Below are positions 16,014 through 24,885 of a DNA stretch of 32,000 nt, one piece after another (the first letter of the stretch is position 1; each line of letters begins with the position of its first letter). A program made the position numbers and the translations under genes. The DNA lies in assembly GCA_046350815.1 (NCBI GenBank), contig JAXLZO010000001.1, forward strand, positions 600,001-632,000, read 5' to 3'. The stretch is from Candidatus Saccharimonadota bacterium. Its GTDB lineage: Bacteria; Patescibacteriota; Gracilibacteria; BD1-5; UBA2023. Under the pieces are notes generated by a model. That model saw nothing but the letters and a program-made list of their open reading frames with translations. It did not search any database and had not been told where the DNA came from.

Positions 16014-16330
16014 AGAGAGTATCAGGAAGAGTGGATGGAAGAGATTGCTTTGCAATCTCAATACTCCTCTCAAACCTTGGATTCTCAAGGTATGCCATGA
16101 ACTGAGCGCTATCGTAGTGTTGATTGACTCTGTAGGTATAAGGTGTTCCATCTAAAGGATCATAGATTTTATCTGATCCATACCCGAGAGGATTCACCAA
16201 AGCAAGACTCATGAATCCTTGGTATCCAATGAATGATCCACTCACACTAAGAGAGACACTATCTGCTATAGGTGTAGGAAGCTTTCGAAGTTGTGCACTC
16301 GTAATCCTTGCACTCTCTGACAATGTCTTA

Positions 16331-17083
16331 GGGTCTAAACCAGTTGACAGGATAAATTATCCCATAAACTTGGCTCTATGATCAGTAAAACTACCTATAG
16401 GAAAAAATCACGAATTTGAGATGCAAAAATAAGAGAAATTGTGAAATATTTTTCTCTGGATTTTACTTCAGATAAAACAGCGGTATTAACAGGTCTCAAT
16501 CCAAAAACAACACAGGATTGGTATAGATATATCAGAAAGGCGATAGCCTTTCTCTGTGAGAGAGAAAAGAATGAAATATGGACTGGAAATGTTGAGATAG
16601 ATGAGAGTTACTTCTGACCAACAAGAGTCCGATGAAAGAGAGGAAGGTGAGCTGGTATGAAGACAATAGTCTTTGGTTTACTCAAAAGAAACTGAAAAGT
16701 ATATACTGAGATAGTTCCTGATGTAAAAGCAAGGACTCTCGTGCCAATCATTCGATGAAAACTTCGTATAGAAGAGTCTGAGATTAACAGTGATGGATGG
16801 TGAGCTTATGATGGGCTTGTAGATATTGGATATGAGAAACACTACCGTGTTCATCACGGAGCAAATGAATTTGCAAGATGAACTCAACACATTAATTGAA
16901 TAGAGTCATTTTGGAGTTATACCAAAAGAAGACTCTCTCAATTCAATGGAATCAAGAAAGTCTACTTCTACTATTTTTTGAAAGAATCTGAATTCAGATA
17001 TAATTGTCGTATTCAATGAAAAGATATTTATAAGGAAGTGCTAAAGTTACTTCGTCAATATAACCCGTAACTGGTTTAGACCC
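16331..17083 (+). mobile_element. IS1595-family (IS1016-like) insertion sequence, copy A, 753 bp
   Basis: 15-bp perfect terminal inverted repeats GGGTCTAAACCAGTT. Flanked by the direct repeat TGTCTTA (16324-16330 and 17084-17090). As far as compared by eye, it is identical to the inverted copy at 24886..25638. Confidence 0.9.
16378..17070 (+). CDS. IS1595-family (ISXO2-like DDE) transposase, 230 aa
   Basis: MISKTTYRKKSRI[G]DAKIREIVKYF...NVEIDESYF[G]PTRVR[G]KRGR[G]AGMKTIVFGLLKRN[G]KVYTEIVPDV...INSDGW[G]AYDGLVDIGYEKHYRVHHGANEFAR[G]TQHIN[G]IESFWSYTKRRL. There are 10 in-frame TGA and a TAA stop. Confidence 0.9.
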
Positions 17084-17290
17084 TGTCTTAATATCACTAA
17101 TTCTCTTTCCATCTCTTGCTACTGATGACTGATGACTCATCACCACAAACCCTATCACGGATAGTATAGAGAGTATGGTAATCACTACTATGAGTTCTGT
17201 GAGGGTGAAGGCAGAGTGGTTACTGAAAGAAGAAGGGGATGATTTCAAAGAAATCATCTTAAGAGAATGACTGCGTGAAAAAAGAGACAT
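17084..17290 (-). pseudogene. 5' portion of the IS-disrupted surface protein, carrying the type IV pilin-like class III signal
   Basis: MSLFSRSHSLKMISLKSSPSSFSNHSA|FTLTELIVVITILSILSVIGFVVM...RISDIKT then runs into the IS. Phe+1 and Glu+5 are present. An alternative start is ATG 17255-17257. Confidence 0.7.
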
Positions 17291-17351
17291 AGAAACATAA
17301 GTAAAAATTCTGCTTAGTATTACATCATACTTTGAAACAAAATACAAAAAC

Positions 17352-17369
17352 ACACACGGTCTCGTGTGT
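17352..17369 (-). terminator. candidate terminator hairpin downstream of the 17562..18428 gene
   Basis: acacacg-gtct-cgtgtgt, with a T-run on the minus strand (aaaaa on the plus strand at 17346-17350). Confidence 0.35.
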
Positions 17370-17561
17370 ATTTTGAGTGGATGAGTTTTGGATTTATGGT
17401 GTTGTATATTTTAAAAAAGAGGGAATGATAGATTCATAGTTCATTAGACTTATACGATTCACCCGACTAATGAAGCTTGCTCTCCTCGTTGAGGAAGAAG
17501 GCATGGTGCAAGTAGGGGGATTTTATATTCCTTCTTATTTATGAAATTAAGAGTCTATCTT

Positions 17562-18428
17562 CTACTTCCCAATCTTCACGAGTAACATAAATATGCTTTG
17601 TTGGTTCTCATAATTCCCAAGTAGGAGGCTGCGTGCTTCACGTACTTCATCGTGATTGATACTAGAGCGATGGCGTTTTTCCCCGAATATTTCGCTCTCG
17701 TTAAGTCTAACAAGTTTCTTTCTGAGGGGTTCTGAGAGAAGATTTTTTTCGAGAGATTCATTTCATTTGATCCAATCAGCGAATATTTGTGTATAAGGGA
17801 GAAGGGTGACTCCGTTCTCACGATGGTCTCGAATCCGTGAGAGGAGTGGTGTGAGTCTCCCTATGGAGAGAGTATAATTTTTGGTAACCATGGCTATGAG
17901 TGCTCGCTCAAGTGGATCATTGAATTTTGGCGGGACTTCTCATCGGAGTCGATCACGTGCGTATTTGACAAAAGACTTGGTGATAATTTCATGGATGAGA
18001 CAATCATATGCCTTGGTAAGTACTGATATAATAGGGAGTCCATCATTAAATCCTCGTTCCGTCGTCAGAATATAGTAGAGCCGCTCTGCCTCGATAAGAT
18101 AAGCAAAGAATTGGTGTGGGAGAGTATCAAGGTAGGAGCCAAAATATTCTCGAATGAGATTGACTGCTACTCATTGTGTATCTTGGTCTCAACTATTGGA
18201 GGCAAATACTTCGTTGAGTGCTTGGATAGTGCTCTTGGTGGCAAGTTTTGTTTGAATTTCTTTGGTTCGTGTCTGTACCTCTCTCTCCATCCATCGACGA
18301 GCTTCCGCCAACATATGTTCGAGGACTGTGATGCGTTCAAGCAAAATTTCATTGTCTTTTTGCAACTTCAAAAACTCCTCATTTTGAGGGCTTGTGGAGT
18401 CTTTGAGCGGTTGTTTTGATCAAGTCAT
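17562..18428 (-). CDS. hypothetical protein (288 aa) with N-terminal coiled coil
   Basis: The frame of ORF 18189..18371 extends through TGA codons (18420, 18189, 18171, 17940, about 17757) from ATG 18426-18428 to TAG 17562. The table-11 ORF 17576..17821 is in a different frame and was rejected. Confidence 0.55.
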
Positions 18429-18531
18429 AGATATTCTTGGATGAATTCTAACCTATCTTTTCATTTTGAGCAAATTTTCGTTCATAATTGTGAAGTAGCA
18501 AACTTTTGATACAATAGGAGAAATTCTCCCT

Positions 18532-19953
18532 ATGTACCAAGATCGATCGATTTTTACGGCAATTATGGCGTATGCGCGCCCGAGATCAGAGAGACATTCA
18601 TTCGAAGAGATACTCTCTCAATCTGGGATTAACCTCTCAGATATTGATATGACGCTTCCAGAGAATATTCTTGCTCTGGACTCTGAATATTTTCATCTTC
18701 TTTTTGATAAGGATAACTCGAGTGATCGAGAGGCAATGAAGGCAATATTTGATCTCGAACATGAGCTCGCGCCAGTGCTCGCACGTATGGAAGCAGGTGG
18801 AGTATTCCTAGATCGTTCCTTACTCGATACGGAGTCAGTCAATCTTCGTCGAAGAATAGAAGATCTCAAGAAGACGATATTTTTCTCTGCATGAGAAGAA
18901 TTTAACATCTCGTCTTCAAAACAACTCCAAATTATCCTCTTCGAGAAACTCTGACTCCAATCAGGCAAGAAAAACAAGACTGGCTATTCTGTGGATGCTG
19001 AGGTATTGGAATTCCTCCAAGACAAACATCCTATTATCTTGCCTCTTCTTGAGTACCGTACGCTAACGAAATTGCAGACAACCTACTTTGATGTGCTCCC
19101 ACGAAGCATCTCTCCTCGGACCAATCGTATTCATCCAACCTATATTCAGATCGGTGCAGCGACGGGGCGTATTGCATGTGAAGACCCGAACTTACAGAAT
19201 ATTCCAGCACATGGTGAAGGAAGTGAGATTTTACGTCGAGCATTTCGACCGGAAGATTCGCACACGGTCTATGTGGTGGCAGATTTCTCTCAAATGGAAC
19301 TCAAGATTCTTGCAAATCTCTCCGGTGATCAGGCTTTTCAGGATGCATTTCTTGCATGAGGTGATATTCATCAGAGGACAGCAGAGTTTCTCTTTGGTCA
19401 TACGAATATATCATGAGATGAGCGTCGTATTGCAAAGGCGGTGAATTTTGGTGTTATCTATGGTGTATCAGGTTTTGGCCTGATGAAGACAACAGGGCTA
19501 TCACGCAAAGATGCGGATAGCTTCATCAAGGCATTCTATGATGCTTATCCTGGTGTGTGAAGTTATTATGAGAGGTTACTTGAATGAGTTCGCACCAAAT
19601 GATATGCAGAGACATTCCTCGGTCGTAGACGCTGGATCGATGGGATCAATGACTCCAATAAGATGCTACGAAGTGCTGCTGAGCGAGAAGCGATGAATAT
19701 GCCCATTCAGGGAACAGGGGCAGATGTTCTGAAACTTTCACTCATCAAGGCGGATCGGTTGATTCGAGAGCTCTTTGATGAAGTAAAAATGGTGATGAAT
19801 ATTCATGATGAGATCGTCTTTGAGGTTCCACGATTCCAGGCGGATGCTTTCTGTGAGAAACTCCAAGAGACTCTTGCTTATACTGAACTTGGCCCGATCG
19901 CTCTCAATGTGGATATTGGAGTAGGGGAGAATTGGTGGGAGGCGAAACAATAA
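18532..19953 (+). CDS. polA: DNA polymerase I, polymerase domain only (473 aa)
   Basis: ORFs 18532..18894, 18991..19359 and 19663..19953 are in frame. Motif A VADFSQMELKILA, motif B RRIAKAVNFGVIYG, motif C NIHDEIVFEV. TAG at 18496 closes the frame upstream, so this gene has no 5'-nuclease domain and only a stub of the 3'-5' exonuclease domain. Confidence 0.9.
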
Positions 19954-19978
19954 TACGCATTATTTTTTTAAGAATTCT

Positions 19979-20593
19979 ATGTCTCACAAAAAGATGCTGC
20001 TTCGTGTTGTGACCTCCCCTTCTGAGATTATATGTACTTCATATGTGATACTTCGCTTTATCGTGCAAATTAGAGGGATATATGGCTCGATAACCTCTCA
20101 TCTAATGAGTTTCCTACTCATGATCATCCACTCAATCGCGATATTATTCTTTGGATTGAGCGATATTTTTCTGGGAATTTTGACTATCTCTCAGAGCTTT
20201 CATATCATTTGAATAGCACTCCATTGAGTCAAAAGGTGCTCCTAACACTTGTTGCGACATATTCTGGAGAGATACTTTCCTGTCGTGAGCTTGCTGAACG
20301 GTCTGGATGCCATCGGGTCGGATCAGTCATGGTAAAATCTTATTCCTCCCTTTATCCCATGCTATCGAGTGATGCGATCGGATGGGTCGATCGGTCAGTA
20401 TAGCTGTGGAATAGAACGTAAAAAATGGCCTTTAGAGCGTGAAACAAAATTTTCTAGTAGAACTTTATTTCCGGTTAAATATCTATGTATACGACCTCTC
20501 ATTTTATCTGAATTTCACTTTACTCGAAATATTTCGCGGATATTTTTTCTTGAATTCAGAACATATTATGACCTGACTGCTCATCGATTATAG
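19979..20593 (+). pseudogene. ogt: methylated-DNA--protein-cysteine methyltransferase (Ogt/MGMT) relic with two compensating frameshifts
   Basis: The N-terminus lies in the frame of ATG 19979. The middle (WIERYFSGNFD...TPLSQKVLLTLVATYSGEILSCRELAERSG) is shifted by -1 near 20075-20090. The C-terminus (NLIPPFIPCYRVMRSDGSIGQYSCGIERKKWPLERE) returns to the first frame at the A-run 20334-20337. Homology ends near 20445, and the tail to the 20593 stop overlaps thpR. Confidence 0.6.
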
Positions 20594-21054
20594 AGCTTCA
20601 AAATCCTCTTTCTCTTCATATAACAATTTTCTATCTTCCCAGTAAGATTTCTCCTCAGGATAAGGAAGTGATTCACAAAATTTTATGACAAATATGAGAA
20701 GTAAAATTGGATTTCAGCATTTCAAATATGAAATATTTTTGAGAATGAGAGAATCTGAGGGTTGGGTATATTGGAATACAAAATGATATTCAGTTGCGAA
20801 CGTTTCATGCCTCATGCAAGAATTTATTTCCTCAGTACATGGATATACCTGATAATGCATACCCAATCTTTATACCTCATATTACACTTTTTCGTGTCAA
20901 AAATATACCTGCTTTTCTAGAAAAGAAATGAGTAATTGAGCAGTTTATTGCTCACGAGTTGGTAAGTGTACAAAATATTAATCTCGCAGAAAGCTGACGG
21001 TTATTTGCTGTAAATTCTAGATTTACACCTGAATTACAGATGATCATTTCCTAG
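20485..21054 (+). CDS. thpR: RNA 2',3'-cyclic phosphodiesterase / 2'-5' RNA ligase (2H phosphoesterase)
   Basis: Manual table-25 translation gives 189 aa with both H-x-T-x motifs (LSLHITIFYL and FIPHITLFRV). There are several in-frame TGA and a TAG stop at 21052. The gene is absent from the table-11 ORF track. Confidence 0.7.
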
Positions 21055-21069
21055 AATATCAAGCTCTCA

Positions 21070-21414
21070 TTATCCCACTTTCTTTACAAATTCTGATTTT
21101 AATCACATTGCACCGAACCCATCTATTTTGCAGTCAATATTATGATCTCCATCTGTGAGTCTAATATTTTTAATTTTTGTCCCTGCTTTGATAGGCTGTG
21201 AAGCTCCCTTTACAGGTAAGTTTTTAATTGTGATAACTGTGTCACCATTTTGTAGTGCAACTCCATTTGAATCTTTGATAATAAGAGCCTCCGAATCACT
21301 CTTTGGGGCCTCAGATACTGAACTCCATTCATGAAAACAATCTGGGCAGATAAAACTGTATTCAAGTTCATATACGTTTTCTCATCTACATTCTGGGCAT
21401 TGAGGATATTTCAT
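21070..21414 (-). CDS. yjdM: zinc-ribbon protein PhnA/YjdM
   Basis: MKYPQCPECR[G]ENVYELEYSFICPDCFHEW...[26 protein letters not shown][G][10 protein letters not shown] is near-colinear with E. coli YjdM (...[35 protein letters not shown]). Confidence 0.85.
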
Positions 21415-21489
21415 ATAATAGGTATTAATAAAAATCTATACTTCTTAATCGCTCCACTTTACCACTTCGAATCCTTTCTCTCAAAATAT

Positions 21490-24273
21490 TCAGGCGTGTG
21501 TGATCCCAGAGATACTCACATCTGCTTGCTCTCCTTCGAGGAGTGAGCGTGCTGCTGATCGTAGATCATCGAGGGTCACATCGAGAAGATGACTCCGTAT
21601 GATGGATTTTTCTTCAAGTGATTCTCCGAGGAGCGTGAGCCGGAGTGACTGAAGCGTCTCCGTAAGAGGGGTGAGTGGTTTGTCGATCGCAGAGATGCAT
21701 CCAAGCAGTGCTCCAAAAAGGAGATCTTCACTGAGTCGTGATCCATCGGCGATCATAGTGAGTCCACGATCAAAGTCTTCATAAGTCTCCATGAGTCGTG
21801 GGTCACGGTATGAGAAGGTTCGAAATACGCCTGTCTCTCGATCGTAGTTTGCCCCTCCTCCATAGGCTCCGCCTTGTTCACGAATGAGGGTGTGAAGTGC
21901 TGCATCTCTGAGATACTGTGCAAGAATAAGATGAATAGCATCATCTTTGAGACTACGAGTGCGATCACTCAGATAGGCACGAGAGTGATAGGAGACGAGA
22001 CTCTCAAAGAGATAAGCTTTTTTACGATGAGACTTTTGGAGTGATTGAGAGTTGAGGGTATGTGTATCAATTGGTTTGAGCACCGTTGCTTTACCATTAT
22101 CATCATGGTTTGTAATTTGTACCGTATCGAATGATATTTTTGAGAGGGATTCAAGTTGTGTTTTTACGAGATTCAAAGTCTTATCAATATGGTTTTTTTC
22201 GCTGAGCAATTGTATTTGCTTCAGGGCATTCACTCATGAGATCGATGCTACGAGTGATCCATATTCTGAGAGGAGTGCAGTGGACTCCATCATGGCAAAT
22301 TTTTGCCCTGATCCTATGATCTCAGCATCCAGCCCTGAACTAATTTCTCCGAGGAGCGTTTCGAGCCGAGTAGTATCACAATGACTCGTTTGGTTAATTT
22401 CGTAGAGGAGGGGGATGATATCTTGAGTATATCGCTCGAGATGGCGGGCGGTTGTTGTGATAAGTGCGCGATAACCACTCTTGTCGGATTTGAGGCTGAG
22501 TTGTTGAGAGATGCCTCCAGTCATGGTTTGTATATCTTTTCAGAGTTTGATATAGTCTCGATTTTTCGTGGAGATTTGTCAGAGGAGCTTGAGTGTGAGA
22601 CTTATACCAAAGAGATCATTGCCATTATATAACCCAAATAGCTGCGTACGATTGACTCATTGGGTGATGGTATTTATGCTGAATCCTGACGCGGTTTCTC
22701 GGATATCGAGCTTCGGTGGTGTAATATTTCTTGGGATATCCTCTCGCGCGATAATTGGCAAACAATCGAGAGACTCTTGAGATTCTTGTAGAGATTTTAG
22801 TCGTGCTGATTGCTCAATAATTTTCTCTTTGTCCTGAGCTGTGAAGCTTGCTTCAGCTGATTCTATAAAATCTCTTTCCCTCTTGGTTTCTCTCTGGTTC
22901 ATGAGCGCATCAGGAGTATGGATATTCGTGACCTGATGTGGTTGATTGATCCAGATTTTTCCGAGAAGATCTCAGAAATAATTTTGATCCTGTACTCTTG
23001 TACGGAGTCGAATAAGAGCATCCGAAAGATCGAGATGATCACTTGGATTCCCCTCATGCATGACCGCCCCCATGATTGTGAGAGCGTATTCCAGCCCGAG
23101 GGGATAGCTTGAGTTATTTGGTCGATCTTGGAGTTGAAGCTCAAGTTGATCGATGATAGCACTGTATTCTTGAGCTTCTGGTTTCCAGTTTTGAATAGAT
23201 TGTTGCCATCTTTGAAAATCCACACGAGTTTTCTCGAGGGTATCTCAGCTCGTAATCCATCCAATAGTATAGCGAACTTCTCTTCCGCTGTCGTCTATTC
23301 CCATGAGAGGCGATGGACTTTTGATATCTTTTGATTCCTCTATCCATTTCGTGAGTGGTGATCATGCATGTGCTGTAAGAAGTGCATGAAAAACCTGAAG
23401 ATCGAGAAATTCATCAACATGTGTTACACGATCGAGAAGTGTAGAAATATGCACATAACACTCAGCATCATCGCTTCCTGGATAGTGACGATAGTTAGTT
23501 TCTTGGCTTGCAAGTCTCTTTTCATCTCTTGGAGCTACTTTATATCCATATTGAAACTCTCGCAGCACTCTTGATTCAATATGCGCTTGTATTTCAGGAG
23601 CTGGAATGTTTCCAAAGGTGATAAAAGTCGCATTGGTTGGATGATAGTGTAGCTCATGAAAATGTTTAAAATCCTCATAGGTAAGTTCAGGAATATCACG
23701 AGGATTACCTCCCGAGTCATGATGATAGGTTGTCACAGGGTGAAGTGAGCTCTTGATATCTTCATAGATTCGTTCAACTACATTACCATAGACGCCTTTC
23801 ATCTCATTATAGACAACTCATTTGATCGTGAGTACGTCTTCATCATATTCAAATCGATGCCCTTCTTGAGCAAAAGAGAGTGGATCGAGCTTTGGGAAGA
23901 ATACTGCATCGAGATAGACATCGAGGAGTCCAAAATAATCTTTTTTATTCTGTGTCGCAAATGGATATGCTGTCCAATCAGAGCTCGTAAAAGCATTCAT
24001 AAATGTTTGAAGCGATCGTTTGAGCATCGAGAAAAATGGATCTCTTACTGGAAAAGAGCGCGATCCACAGAGTGCTGTATGTTCGAGAATATGAGCAACT
24101 CCCGTCGAGTCTTCTGGGAGCGTCCGCAGCGCAACGAGAAACATATTCTCATCACTCGCACTCTCAAGATGAATATGACGAGCTTCAGTAATGCTATGCT
24201 TATAGATATGAAGGGTGAGATGGAGAGAATCAATATGATTGGAGGAGAGAAGTTGAAAATTGTTTTTGAGCAT
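21490..24273 (-). CDS. M16C family zinc metallopeptidase (PreP / pitrilysin-like), 927 aa
   Basis: Six table-11 ORFs (21490.., 22234.., 22657.., 22972.., 23362.., 23818..) share one frame. Inverted zinc motif HILEH, and TIK[G]VVYNEMKG. Start MLKNNFQLL at ATG 24271-24273. Confidence 0.85.
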
Positions 24274-24532
24274 GAGAAATGGAAAAATGAATTCAATAGT
24301 AGTATATGAAAAAATGTGGATAATGAAAAATCCTCTCACATTTTTGTGAAAGGATTTTTTGTCTGATTTCCTTTATGTTTCGGAATTTTCTGAGAGAGAA
24401 GAATATTGTTTTAACGGATGAATTCGATAATATTTATATTCATATCACTGTCCTGTATGTACTTAATTGACATAGTATAAAAATATCAAAAAATTTACTT
24501 TGTTTACATCAAAAATTGAAAAGGAGAATGTC

Positions 24533-24865
24533 ATGAACAAAACAGTTGAGTATCCATATGAGGGTGGGTATCCGGAGGATCAAGGGGGTTTTAAAGTTTG
24601 GTTTTGGATAGTAATGATCTTGTTGTATATACCATTGTTATCTTTGATACTCCAAGAAAAAATCCTGTTTCACTGGGGTTATATTATTGGGATCTATCCA
24701 ATTGGCGTGCTCGTTTGGTTGTTGGGATATTTTGCAGATTATAAGGATATGTTATTTTCTGCTAGTGAAGAACAACGAGATGTACTCTTGGAAAAATCCA
24801 AACAATATTTCCAATTTGCCTTCAAAAGAGCAGTGAAATGGTTCATGTTTCTCTTGGGAAAATAA
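24533..24865 (+). CDS. small membrane protein, hypothetical (110 aa)
   Basis: aaggag RBS upstream of ATG 24533. Two hydrophobic helices; TAA stop. Confidence 0.55.
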   Translation: MNKTVEYPYEGGYPEDQGGFKVWFWIVMILLYIPLLSLILQEKILFHWGYIIGIYPIGVLVWLLGYFADYKDMLFSASEEQRDVLLEKSKQYFQFAFKRAVKWFMFLLGK

Positions 24866-24885
24866 CCAGATTGCGAAATATTAAA

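Larger units (their letters stand above)
12667..16330 (-). pseudogene. 3' portion of the IS-disrupted giant pilin-leader / FN3 / BspA-type LRR surface protein
   Basis: Table-11 ORFs 12667..13554, 13693..14163, 14206..14757, 14908..15153 and 15751..16323 are all in one frame, joined by TGA codons. The frame stops being meaningful exactly at the IS boundary (16330/16331). Confidence 0.8.

Noticed and set aside
17373-17561. The ~190-bp gene-free stretch, and other intergenic regions, as possible tRNA or small-RNA genes.
   Set aside because: I could not fold a cloverleaf or recognise any conserved RNA motif by eye. No claim is made without a covariance-model search.
17576-17821. ORF 17576..17821(-) as the gene in this interval.
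   Set aside because: It is out of frame with the longer, more protein-like frame (18428 to 17562), which reads through TGA codons and ends at TAG 17562. Its own stop is a TGA, which is not a stop here.
20369-20593. ORF 20369..20593 as an independent gene.
   Set aside because: Its first part is the C-terminal block of the frameshifted MGMT homologue. The remainder overlaps the better-supported thpR frame starting at 20485 and looks like non-coding read-through.
22899-23365. ORFs 22899..23264(-) and 23141..23365(-).
   Set aside because: They are out of frame with the M16C peptidase frame, which links 21490, 22234, 22657, 22972, 23362 and 23818. They are overlapping shadow ORFs.
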